From Oikopleura dioica (lineage: Eukaryota > Animalia > Chordata): a DNA stretch of 64,000 nucleotides. The stretch lies in the NCBI GenBank assembly GCA_907165135.1, contig OU015567.1:10540001-10604000 (forward strand), given 5' to 3'. The translations under genes and the position numbers were made by a program. Under the pieces are notes generated by a model that did not search any database, was not told the DNA's origin, and saw only the letters and a list, made by a program, of their open reading frames with translations. Below are positions 26,604 through 38,520 of the stretch, in pieces. How positions within the stretch are numbered: position 1 is the stretch's first letter; each line of letters opens with the position of its first letter.

Positions 26604-29600
26604 TTAGAGGAACTGGTTCAAGTAGGTAAGTACAGTCATTTCGTAATATTCGACTGTTTTGCTGGAGCGCATTGAATGCCGCTCTTGCACGAATAGCTTC
26701 AAATCGTAAGGCTAGAATTTTTTAAAATTTATTTAGTTAGGTTTAAGTTACCTTGCATGCTCTGGTGAGTTTTTCAATGAGCACCATCATATTTGTTGTA
26801 ATGACATTTTCATCGATCATGCCATGGAAGAGAAGGAGACGATTAGGCTCATCAGGTAAATTAGGTACTTGCTGCACCACGGACGAATCACTGTAAGCTT
26901 TTGGGTTGTCTTGCGGTAAACCAAGGTATCGTTCAGTATAGGCAGAGTCGTACAATCGCCAGTCGACGACTATTTTTGGGTTTAATCACACTCAATCATT
27001 TCAGCTTTCTACAGAGATCTAGTTAAACCTTCCCTGGTGCACCAGAAATAGCAATTTTGAAAACATCAGGATACTGAGCAATTGCCATAAGCGACATAAA
27101 GCCTCCATAAGACCAGCCTTCGATAGCCACGCGATTGACATCAATGAATCCCATGTTCTGTGCAACGTATGCAATGCCTTCAACTTGGTCTTGCACCTCG
27201 TAGTATCCCATGTGATCTTTGATGACTCCTTCGAACTTGAGACCACGATTGTCAGATCCTCGGTTGTCGAAAGTTAGGATAACGTATCCAAACTGCAAGT
27301 TATTATGTGAATGGGAAGAGTTTCGTGAGACAAACCTTGGAATACATTCTATGCCTGTCAGACCTCGAAGCAGAGAACTGATTCCTGATGTTCTGCACTC
27401 GAGGGCCTCCATAAACATAGACAATTGTCGGATATTTGTTCTTGGAATCAAAGTTCTCCGGCTTGTAGATCTGGCCGAAAATCTCATCACCGGAGCTGTT
27501 TTTGAAGGAAAATATCTCAGGGCCGCGGGATTCTCTCTTCGCAAGTTTTTCAGGCTTTGGCTGTTGAGTTTGAGTGACATCGTCGGCAAGAAAGGCAAGC
27601 GGGCGAGGGCACACACCTTCTTCTGTCCAGAAGATGGCGGTTTCAGGCTTGGGAATTCTAAAACAAATATAAATTCATCAAATTGAGCCTTGCGTACCGG
27701 TAGATTTCAATTGAGGTAGGTGTGTTGACGTTTGAAGATTTTACAAGAAACATGTTCTCGTCGATGAAAACAGAAATGTCGAAGTGGTTAAAGTTGGATT
27801 TAGTAAGACGAAGACAAGACTCGTCATGGGCATTCCCCTTCTGATAATTTACTCGGTAGAGATGGGTTTCAAGAGGCGAGTCTCGCATTCCTAGAAATCG
27901 TTTACGACAAATAATGAGCGTATATATCTTACCTTGGAAATACACAAGCTGGTTGGCGAAATCAATGTCGATTCCCGTGTTTTGCACTTGCCAATTGCCT
28001 GTTGTAATAGGCCTGATCATTGTCTCGCACATGATTGTAGAGTTGAATTGCAAGTCGGGAATTCTATCCGCGTTCCAGTTTAACAACGCCGTCAAATAGA
28101 ACAGATGCTCAAAGCCGGACATATTTTCGAAGTGAAAGATAAAGTCTAATTTTCCTTCTTCTCCATTTTCCGCGACTTTCAGATCAAAAAGTGGATCGAA
28201 TCAGTTTCTTTTATCCAAGTTTCGCTTGTCCACTGGTGGAGGATAAAAACAGGATGTTGATTGATGAAATTGTCAGGGAGTTCGCTCTCTTCGTCGACAA
28301 AGGAATTGATGGGGATGAAAACGATCGCTGATTTATTTTGCAAGCGAGTCAGAACATGCGCCCAGATGCCGTTATCTCCAATCCACCCGTAACGAACGAC
28401 GTAGCCTTGTTCAGGGTGGCTATTTTGGACAAAATTTTGGTGTCTGGCCATCCAATTTCCATCCAATAAATTTTAAGTCGAACCTATCCATCCAAAATCC
28501 AATCCAATCCAATTTTTACCCAATTCCCCAATAATCCCCAATTCCAATTGGATCCAAATAGATTTCCAATTTTTTCAAGGCTTCTTGTGCTTTGAAAAGA
28601 AGGGAAAAAGTAAGTTTTTATTCGAAAACAGAATCAACAGAGTCAAAACGACGATTTTCTATCCGAAATCTGGGGTGCGAAACGGGGCAAGGAGTATCGG
28701 TGCCCCGTCCCGTCCCGCCCCGCTTAATTTTGCAGACTCGGTGCCCCGTCCCGTCCCGTTTTGCCCCGTTTGTCCCGTTTTTTCAGAGATATGTTTTTCT
28801 TGGATCCGATTGCGCAATTTCCCCCAATTGCCCAATTTTCCCCAACAAAATCCGGTACCCGGGCCATCCAAATTCCATCCAAATCTTATTGGATTGGATC
28901 CAATCCAATTCCAACTAATACCCGAATCCAAAATAGCCACCCTGGCCTTGTTTTTCGGTTTCACTCCATGGCAAGTACTAAGATGAAGAGGAATAAATTT
29001 ATTTATTGAAGAACCTTACCTCCATAAGCGGAATCGGAAGTTTGAATCTCCTGACCGTCACCTTATCGGTTTCATTGTCCGGTAAGCTAACTGTCAAGAA
29101 ACGAATATCCGTCTTTGGATTTTTACTTCCACTAGACGGAAAGACGGCTTCAGAAGACGCCGCTGATCGGGCGTTGCCAGAACTCGCGCCACCCGCTGCA
29201 CAAATCTGCTGAGCGACTGCAACATGATTGACGTATGTCAGAGTTTCAAGTTCGCTTTCGTCGGAGACTTCGTACACGATTCTTTGCGTACGAGAAGCTG
29301 TGTCTTGCCAGTAATAGCCAGAATATCGGTCGAACTCTTCTTGAATAAGATAATTGACCCAGCCTGCATAGACTCCCTTAAAGTCGATGTTTTCTTGACC
29401 CGCATTAGTCAGTTGAACTATTTCACCAACTTTTTCTAAAATAAAGGTGATTAAAATTTGAGCGGCCATGTTAAATTTTACCGATATTCTGAAGCCACAA
29501 ATTTCCATTTCTATAAAAGGCCATGTAATTAACATCTCCAGGACAGAGCTTCGGGTCCATACGAGGAGCCGCATTATCTAGCGCTGGAACTTCGTGCGTC

Positions 29601-30152
29601 ACAAACTTAGGGATTTCCCCAATGTCCGCGTAGAAAATAGAGCTCTTTCCACCCTGCATCAGAAGTCTGTTTCCAGTGAAGCTGAAGTCGTTGACTCCCT
29701 TGCTCGGGCTTTGACGTTTTCGCTCGAGCAATAAGTCGTGTTGGACGCTTCGCTTGAAATCGTTGACGTTTAAGATTTCAATTTTTCTTTACCTGTTTCT
29801 TTCTGTCGTCTATCCTCAACGGTTTGATAAGATCACTCCAGTTAGAGAGATCTACATTTCTCAAGAGAGGATCAACATCAACAAACATTAGATTTGGATC
29901 AGGACTTGCCCCCGGATTAGATGAGCGACCCATGAATGCAAGACGGCACTTGCCAACAGTAGACGGCAACGGGGTGAATTTTGAACAGGAAATATTCCCT
30001 TCCTGCATTTCTGAGGATGCCTCCGTTTTCAATTGTTTGTACAGGTCATAAGATATCCTGAACATAATTTTAAATCTGTTGTGAATTTCGGTTACTCACG
30101 GTATTCTCGGGTGGACACCGTTTAGATTCTTTCGCACCCCTGCCGAATCCAT
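26604..30152 (-). CDS. DPP9: Dipeptidyl peptidase 8/9 (S9B), one exon interrupted by a 533-bp TIR element
   Basis: QEEFDRYSGYYW, YGGPRVQ, DNRGSDNRGLKFEG, catalytic GWSYGG, YDSAYTERYLGLP, HGMIDENV and ERHSMR, i.e. the Ser-Asp-His triad is intact. Confidence 0.93.
28412..28944. mobile_element. Non-autonomous hAT-type element inside a DPP9 coding exon; candidate transposon-derived intron
   Basis: Perfect 18-bp TIR CAGGGTGGCTATTTTGGA / TCCAAAATAGCCACCCTG and perfect 8-bp TSD GCCTTGTT at 28404-28411 and 28945-28952. Internal CCAAT/ATCCA and CCCGT repeats. Confidence 0.95.
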
Positions 30153-31300
30153 ACTAAATAAATACTCGTTACAATTTATCAAGCACGCTTCTTCAAAGCC
30201 ATTTTTGGTAATTTTGAACTTCAGTGGTACTGTTTTTATTCGCTGGGACTTGGTAACCTCAAGAACTCGTTCTTTCTCTTCTTTTTCATTTTTCTCGATC
30301 GACAAAAAGATACACTCGTCCATCAAATATCGCCATGTTATTCCAAGAGAAGGCTGAAATTAATATTGAGAAATCTTGGCTCAATTTCTTCAGTCCAAAC
30401 AAACCTTCTTCGACATCGGCCGGTGGGCCCAATGGATCATCGGCTCGTCGATATTCTCAGACACTTGATTGATGAAAAGAACGGGCAATTTGAAGCGCGT
30501 TGCAATTTCTTTCAGATCACTGCATAAACTATCGAGCATGTCTCCTCTCGCCATCGAATCTTAAATAACATTCGAGCCGGTCGTGATATGAACGTTGGTT
30601 TTACCTTTTGCTTCATATTCAAGTCGCATCAACGCCGTGATAGAGTCGACGATGATGCACGCAATTTTATGTCCAGAATCTTCGTATTTCTTGCATACAT
30701 TTGGAAGCTTCTGGACCAGCGTCAGAAAGTTCTCTAGGTACTCTGTTTCTTCAACAAGGACTCTATCCGAGTAACTGTTGCAATCATTGCCAATGATCTG
30801 CAGCAATCTTTCCGCGGGAAACTTCCCTTCGGAAGAAATGAACAGAACGTGGCTTTAAAAACAATTCATAAACTAGTCAACAATCTTTTGTTCTACCTTT
30901 TTTCGTCGTTCAAAAGTGCTGCAGCTGCTGTTTCCAGTGCAAAACATGTTTTTCCAGCGCCTGCTTCGCCCGACACCTCGACCAAAAATCCTGCTGGAAG
31001 GCCTTGCAGGTTTGTTTTCAGAAAGCCCGTCTGGTTAAATTTGAAAAAATACTGCTGCTGTTCTTGACCTGTTTTGACGACAGACTAAAAAGGGATTATC
31101 TAGAGCTGCGATTTCTTTTTTGTTGGCAAAACCTTTAACTTAGGCGTTGCTTTTTTGAGGATATCCTTGAGTTGCTCCTCTTCATCCTCTTTATCCTGCC
31201 CTAATAGCCACTGAATAAGGCCCTTACACGATGGCTTGAATTTGACGAAAAATAAACCTGAGGGTTAGCGACAAAAAGGTCAAGTATCTTTGACATAAAA
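30096..31300 (-). CDS. XRCC3: RAD51 paralog, XRCC3-like
   Basis: Walker A EVSGEAGAGKT, FISSEGKFPAERL, Walker B IIVDSITAL, PVLFINQV, PSLGITW. The 5' end is uncertain. No stop before the DPP9 ATG (see findings). Confidence 0.8.
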
Positions 31301-31410
31301 ATTGATTACCAAATCAATCTGAATTCTGAATAACGATGGCTTTTTATTTGATTTGAGTGATCTTGTTATTTTTGTGAAGCGCTGAAGCGAAATAAATAAA
31401 AAGAAAACGG

Positions 31411-32435
31411 TTAAGGCTGGAATAGATTGACAACAACTGTCAGGTCGTCGAGCTTTCCGCCCTTTTCTCGCTGGTAGCCTTGTTTCCTTGCTTCGAGAGC
31501 GAACGGGCTCATGTAGTTTTCATCCAGCGAAATTGCCAGAGTTACTTGACACAATTCTTCTAGTTTTTCAGCGAGATTATCTGAAAAGAAATCTTCATTT
31601 TTGCGTGATTCTTCGTGCTCACCTGCACTAACTCCGTCAAAAATACCACATATCATCTCCTGTGGAACATTGTCTAACAAACCATCGGTGGCAGTGATCA
31701 AAATATCATCCGGCTGGACAGATAACTCATATTCATCTAAATAAAGATCAATTTGTGCCCCTATTTCAAGCAAGGCGTACCTGCATCCAGTGGAGAGTCA
31801 GATATACTTTGTGATCCTTTAATTTTGACTGACAGTTGATAAGGACAATTAAAGTAGTGTGTTTGATCTTTGCTTCGTTTTTCGACTTTTCCATCGCGTA
31901 TATGAATAAATCCGGAGTCACCAAGATTCGCAAGAGAAACGCGGTCTTCTTCTTTATCTACGGACAAAAGGACGGCGGTGGAGCTTCCTTGGAGATCTTT
32001 TTCTTTTGATTCATGGACCGCGTTCATTATGTCTTAATAAATAATAATAAGCTGAAAGCTAGAAGAAAAATATCACTCATCAAGTAACGTCATTTAAAAC
32101 TTACCCATGGCCTTCGCTAATAATTCGCGTTGATTTCCAACTCTCACAGATTCTTCTTTACAAATGAGCATCAGCGTGGCTGAAAACACTGAAGGATCGA
32201 CCCCCTTTGTTCTCCATCCTCCAACTCCGTCTGCGACTCCATAGTTGTCAACTGGGCTCAGTGTCTTTCTCAGAAAGAATGCGTCTTCTCCAACGTTTCC
32301 ATAACTGTTTCCTTCTTCTTCTGCGCCGAGGACTAGGAGCCCGAGCTTGTCGTAACTTGCTTTTGAATAACCAGCGATTCCCGTGACGACCGACACTTTT
32401 CGTCCGACAAAAGCTCTCCGAAACACCGATAACAT
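31411..32435 (-). CDS. PPTC7: Protein phosphatase PTC7 homolog (PP2C family)
   Basis: [63 protein letters not shown]. Confidence 0.93.
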
Positions 32436-32475
32436 ACCAATTTATCTGAAAGGAAAAATATCAAAAGAGGTTGAT

Positions 32476-33641
32476 TTAGCTCCACCAAGAAAGCGGGCCA
32501 AGACCCTGCTCATCAATCGTGGCGACAATTTTATACGGAATTCTAGGTACAGCTGCGTTGCCACTTCCCGTTTCTGGGAGACATTCTTCAAATTTCTCTT
32601 CTTTTACTCTGAATCGAACCTCAACTCGTTCTACAATTTCGTGGCTTTCGGACTCTTCTGGGTCATCTTCGTCGACAAATGTCCAAATCTAACAAAGTCA
32701 GTTTCATTTCGGATCAAAAAACATTATTTTCAAAATCTGTGAAAATATTTTTAAATAGAAAAGCTCACCCATTTGCCCTTTGCCCCTTCGCTCTGTATAA
32801 ATTCATTTGGCGCCGGAATAAATTCTTTAGGCACGAAAATATCGTCGAAGAAACCAATCGTCAGTCTCAACCCTTCGCGGGAACAACTTCGGACTTTTCC
32901 AACGAGAACTTCACGGATGAAAGGGCGGAATACGATGAAGCGAAACTTGATGAATGTTCTGCTAAACATATGGCTTTATTCTCTATGGACAGTTGGGATA
33001 CGCTTTTTTGACATGTATTTAGGTCGATGTTATTTTTTCATAGCCTCAAAAAGAACACAATGACGCGGTTACAATCTGGAAGTAAAGAACATAGAAGATC
33101 ATTTATGCTCCAAAACATATGCTAATTGAAATATTAAAAATATTTCACGTTCTATAAAAAGGCATCCAGTTTTGTCAATCCAGAACAAAAAATGAAATTG
33201 GTAATTACAGTAGCTTTTTTTCTTTACCAATTCTGTGAGGCTCAACTACTTTTCGGTCCATCAAGGCTTCATCAAAGAAGCTTCATGAGCGACTACGTAA
33301 AAAACAGACATGCAGCTGTTGAGGATCAAAAGCAGCAGCTCCACGAACGAGGAATCACATGGTTTTCCGATAACTTTGACTAACAATTCTTTTGTATAAA
33401 GGCTGATTCATTAAAAAAAACTTTGAAAAGTGTTATTTTCTTACCAAAGTCCTTCGCCAGGCAGGATCGCGGAATCCCCAATCTTCAAAATATCGTGCAT
33501 GCAGATGCATAAGCCCGCGCGCTGGTAGACCTTATTCGCGAGTTTTCTATTTATCTCCGTCCTGCAAGCATCCGCAAGATCTTTATTGAACAGAAACGGC
33601 TCGATCCTTACATAATCTTCAAATGTGACTAGCTCAAACAT
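32476..33641 (-). CDS. POLR3H: RNA polymerase III subunit RPC8 (C25)
   Basis: MFELVTFEDYVRIEP, NRKLANKV...GLCIC..DI..IGD..I.PGEG, FRFIVFRPF..EVL.GK...CS.EGL...IGFFDDI.VP, GLGPLSWWS stop. A 483-nt intron spans 32962-33444. Confidence 0.92.
33192..33383 (+). CDS. Putative 63-aa secreted peptide precursor nested antisense in the POLR3H intron
   Basis: MKLVITVAFFLYQFCEA resembles a signal peptide. TATAAAA at 33153-33159, 39 nt before the ATG; ATTAAA after the stop. Confidence 0.55.
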   Translation: MKLVITVAFFLYQFCEAQLLFGPSRLHQRSFMSDYVKNRHAAVEDQKQQLHERGITWFSDNFD

Positions 33642-33769
33642 TCTTAAAATTATGACATGAAACGTATTTTTCCGTTGGTTGTATGGTATGTTTTTATTTG
33701 AAGAACATATCGGATGAGACAAAACATGATAGAGTCAAGAGAAGATTTGGCAGGACTAAAAATAAGTTT

Positions 33770-35790
33770 AAATTATTTAAATGAAGTTTGTAACTCGTGA
33801 ACTTTTGGAAAGAAATGGCGTCTTCTTTTAATCTTCTTTGTCCTTAGGCGCTGCTACTTGTTGGATGATCCTGGCGACGTCGGGGTTCGCTTGGCGAATT
33901 CCGTTCATTGCGACGCCGGCCATTGGCTAGAAAAGAATTGATTTTGGTAGGAAACGAAAAAGTACCTTGAGAATATTGTCCCGTAGTAATTCAGCGATGA
34001 GGTCGATAATTTGCTGAACAGGGAATCCGCCGGGAATCAGGTTGCTTTGATCCGCGAGCCAGACGAGAATGCCGCCGATAAGAAGGGTTGAAACGATATT
34101 AACAAACGCAGCAATAGGAGAGAGCCAAAGCATTTCTAGAAAACGCATAAATTCCGTGTCTTCTTTTGTACTTTTACCGAGGATGAAAATTGCGAACCAG
34201 CAGACAAAGAGAGCGACGATAATAATGAGTGGCGTTTGAACGAGTTTCGCTGCTCTCCGCTCGTCGTTCAGTTTTCTCTTTTGCTCGATGTCAGAGATAA
34301 GTTCTGCTTCCAAGTCTGAACGGAATTTCGGGCCGTATTTTTGCTGAGCATTCGTTTCGTTCCATCAAAAACTTCGAGAGCATTTCTGAAGGGGGTTTTC
34401 CACTGATTTTTGGGAGAAACTTACGTCATGACTTCTTTGGACTTTTCATCAAAGGCATTCGCCTGAAGATATCCAAGTTGCTTCGGGATGATATCCTCGA
34501 TTTCTTGTTTGAAGGAAGCCTTCGCCTTCTGCACCGCCATATGATGATTCACTTCAGCAGTTGCTTCCATGATTGTCACTGTCTCGGGCATTTCCTCATT
34601 TTGGAAAATCGCCGTGTACTTTTTGAAGTAGTCGCAGACCTCGGCGCAGGTAAGAGGGTTTCCTGCAGTGTCGAACTTTGTATCTGGCAAGTTGAGCAGT
34701 TCTGGTACAAGAGTTTTCATATTCGAAACAAAATCGGGGTGGAGCTTTGAGGTTTCGCCTTTGAATTCGCCCTTGCGCACGGCATCGCCAGGATGGGACA
34801 TCAAAAATGCCCGTATGCTCTAATCATCAATTCGTGCTTTGAAAATATATTTATTTAACATACCTTGAAGCAAGATTTCACATGTTCTCGAAGCTCGCGC
34901 TTTTCGTCATTCATTTTCGGGGTTATTTTCATCAGTTTCTCGAGTAATTGGCTTCCTCCATCGAATCCTTCGGAATCATCTGAAAACTTTAATATGAAAC
35001 CGGATGGAAGAGAGCTTGAAACCTAATTGCCAGTCGCGTACGAGAAAAAGCAAGTTCTGGAAGGGCTCCGAATCTGAAACTTCTTGGGCGATCGCTTGTC
35101 GACCAAATTCAGTGAAGAGCTGCAGATGCTGGAGATTGTCGGTTTGAAGATTTCCGCGTACGTTGTAGATTTGGAGACTGAGGTTTTTTAAACGAAAAGG
35201 ATGAAGAAACGAACAAACCTAGAAAGCATCGTAGAAAGAGCAAATATAAGAGTTATGTCCTTGACATCGGAGTCAAGATCGAACGCTCCTTGAGTGTCGA
35301 GAAGTAAGACAGCTTGTTTTTGGCCTGGAATCGGTTCGATTACGAAAACTTTGTTCCATGCCATTATTCCGGAGGTCTCAGGGTCTAAGAACTCAATAAA
35401 GCAACACAGAAGAATCTGATTCGTTACCTGCTCCTCTTCGCCATTTGAACCCTTCGAGCTCTTGATCAAAATCTCCAAGCCACTCGTCTTCGCTCTGCTC
35501 ATTCTCCAGCGCTGTTAAATATCGCAAGAGATAGTTTAGGAGAAACGATTTGCCAGTTCTGAAGGCGCCAGTAACGGAGATGACGGAGACTGGAAGATTA
35601 GCAACACTTTTGTCTGTAAGAAGAGATTCCAGCGCTTCTGTTTGGAGCTCGAACTTTGTTTTTTCCTCGTCGTCTTCTGTGATTGTTAGCGGTTTGATCA
35701 CTTGTATCGCAGAGGGCTAAATTAAAGTTGAGAATTCGGACTGAATTTGAAATTGAAAAAATATTCTCTTGAATTGATATTTTATAAACT
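33770..35790 (-). CDS. ATL: Atlastin-like dynamin-family GTPase
   Basis: [37 protein letters not shown], and two closely spaced C-terminal TM helices. Confidence 0.88.
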
Positions 35791-36189
35791 AGATTATATA
35801 AACTTACCTTTATTTCTTCAACCATTTTCTCAATATTTGTTGTTTTATTCTGAATAGAAATTTCTCAAATAATTGTCCAATAGACTCCAACAGAGACTCG
35901 TTGATTCTCGTGACTTTTTCCGCGAGTAGCGTCCCGTGAAACCGTTTTTCGGATTTTGCGACTTTAGTGATGCGCGGCTGCTCAAGCGCGATTGGTCGAG
36001 AGCAGTGGAAGATCCCGAGTTATGGATGCAAAGCTGCTTGAGAACGCAAAAACTTTGTTTCGGTAGAAACATCAGTTAACTTCAAATAAAACATAATTCT
36101 TAAATTTTTCTAGATCAAAAAATTCTAAGAAATACTTTTACTTAGTTACCAATAAGATCACGATTCTCTTACGCAACTTGGACTCTTCC

Positions 36190-36870
36190 ATGCTCTGCTG
36201 TAAGCGAAAGAAGAAGAAGAAGCCTGAGAATGATTTGAAGCAAAGAACGAAGAATCTCAGGGACTCGCCTGAAACTGTTATGAAACGCTATCAACAAAGT
36301 CATTAGTTTCAGAAGAAAAATTATGTTTATGATAGCGTCCAAAGATCAAATTTGATCCTTCCAACTCGCGAAGATACAAAGATCTCCCAAAGTAAAACTA
36401 CTGCAAGGCACCAGTGATTTTAGACCGAAATTATTTAGACTTGAAGAAGATCCGCTATTGGAAGAAGTTTCCGAATTGAGTGGAAAGGAACTACTCGGCA
36501 TTTCAGCAGAACAAAAACAGACGATCATCGACAATTTAAGATATGAAACCCCAGATGGCTTTTCTTCAGATTTGGAAGAAGACAGCTCCTACGAATCATA
36601 CCGACTCTTTTGTAGTCTGCCAGACAAGCTTTATCCTGTGTTAGGTTTGTCAGATTCCCTTCCTTATTTTCATCCATCATTCAGAGGCGAGCAAGGTGTA
36701 TCCTAAAGAATTGATGAGACCGGAGAAATCTGAAGAGACCGAAAAAAGAAGCAATTTCCGAGAAACATGGGTATTCAAGCAGATTCAAATTTCTCAACAA
36801 AAGAAAAGGAGAAGACGAAAAAGGATGTCGGCAACTATGAGACGATCGTCCTCAGCTGAGAAATGTTAGA
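36190..36870 (+). CDS. Uncharacterised multi-exon protein (N-terminus MLCCKRKKKKK)
   Basis: Exon-like blocks including ORF 36458-36706, separated by short intron-like segments. Confidence 0.4.
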
Positions 36871-36999
36871 ATTCATGGTTAACGGTCTCATCTTACTTAT
36901 TTTAAAACTAAATAAAATTGATTTGTAAAATTTGCGTCAGAATGTGGGGAATGTTTTAGTGTTCCTGATCCTTCACTCAACGCCTCCTTTGAATTTGCT

Positions 37000-38400
37000 A
37001 GATGCGCTAATGTGCGAATGTAAATCGACTTTTAGAAGTTGATGGGGCGGCAGTATTCAGAAGAGAAAGTAACGCATTAGGGAGAAGGTGTTTATTGCAG
37101 AGTCAATGATCGCACAGCGCGTGAGCCAGGACTGGTGAAAACTCGAATTTAGATTGTTTGGAAATCATTTTACCTCGGCGATTCGGACATTCGGGGCTCG
37201 TCGAAGATGGCGTTTTGTCTTTTTAGCGGAGTCATTGGTCTCGGACTGGCGTGACTGCGGCAACTAGCATTTCCTCGCGTTTTCACTCGCAGACGAGCAT
37301 GAATTGGCACGTCTTCTGAGGCTTGTTTTGAGCTTGCGAGATTCTTTGAAAATGCGTTATTTGAGCGTGTCATATGCTTAAATTACCGGAGAAGGAACTG
37401 TACTTGATCGCTGTGGTTTGAAATGAACAGGTCTGTTTTGGGCGACTTGGAATTGTTGAAAATATAACTGAGAGGAATTTTCTCATACCGTTTCGCTGAA
37501 TTCTTCCGATTGTCTGTGCGGTTCTTATTGCCTTTGGACAGTTTTTTTTTGAGAATTTTCAAAAATAAAGAAACGGTCACCTCAAATGAAAATCATTTGT
37601 GAGACTTGTTTGGCCTCGGGATCTACCAAATGACGTCTCTGTAATTTCACACGATGTGGTGAAAGATTTGATTAAACTGTTCCTGAAACTGATCGCATAT
37701 TGATTGACGCGCTTTTGCTAGTGAATTGACGCGTTTGAGTGAGAACTTACGCTCAGGAACGCGTTGTTCTGTAATTGCCAGATTTTTTGGCTCTAGAATG
37801 GTCAAAAAATATGACGTGCCTAAAAACGTCAAAGGTAGACAATTTCCAGTGCCACCGAAGCGGTAATTACGGGGTCGTTTTCACGTCCGATTCTCAAGTG
37901 TAAACCGTTTACAGTAAACGGAGATAAGGAGCTTTGCATGAGCTCCGCTCCAAAGAGTTTTGAGTCAAAATTTTCACTTGACATTTCTGTAAATATTTTT
38001 GACCAAGCCTTTTTCTTTGAGAAGAATTTCATCGCTGACTCTGCAAGATCGCTGATTTTCTTTGAAAAACTTGTCTCTTCCTTTTTGTTTTCATTTTTCT
38101 TCCTTCGGTCTCTGTTATTTTTTCGCTCCTTGTCTCTTGAACTTAGCATTTTGTGAATAAGGTGAAATAGTGGTCTCAAAAGTGAGATTTTTCTGATGTT
38201 GAATGGCAGTTCCAACACTAGAATCGCACGTCGTTGGCACCAGTAGCAAACTCAGATTTATTGTGACCATCTTTGACAGCAGTGAAGCAAACACCTTGAA
38301 GACAGCCGTAAATCCTCCCCCATCAAAGCTGAGTGAGCGAATACTAATTAATTTCACTAGATATACTCTTGATGAAATTTCTGTCAAGGTGATTGGCAAA
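37000..38400 (-). CDS. Uncharacterised gene(s)
   Basis: Chain of minus-strand ORF blocks (38115-38399, 37829-38218, 37647-37832, 37170-37373). No family recognised. Confidence 0.4.
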
Positions 38401-38520
38401 AATGATTTTTAAGTCGTCTCATTTTCAATAGTTTTTCGATGTTTTTCGTGGAAATATTTTTTACTGAATTTTATTCGATTCGGTTGAACAGAATGAAAAT
38501 AAGAAGTACAGTGAATAAGT

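Noticed and set aside
27023-27616. Overlapping ORFs suggesting a frameshift in DPP9
   Set aside because: Explained by a normal short GT-AG intron (…RMYSK|FGYVILTF…).
28585-29009. Four overlapping ORFs of 80-130 aa
   Set aside because: They arise from the GC-rich repeats of the inserted element.
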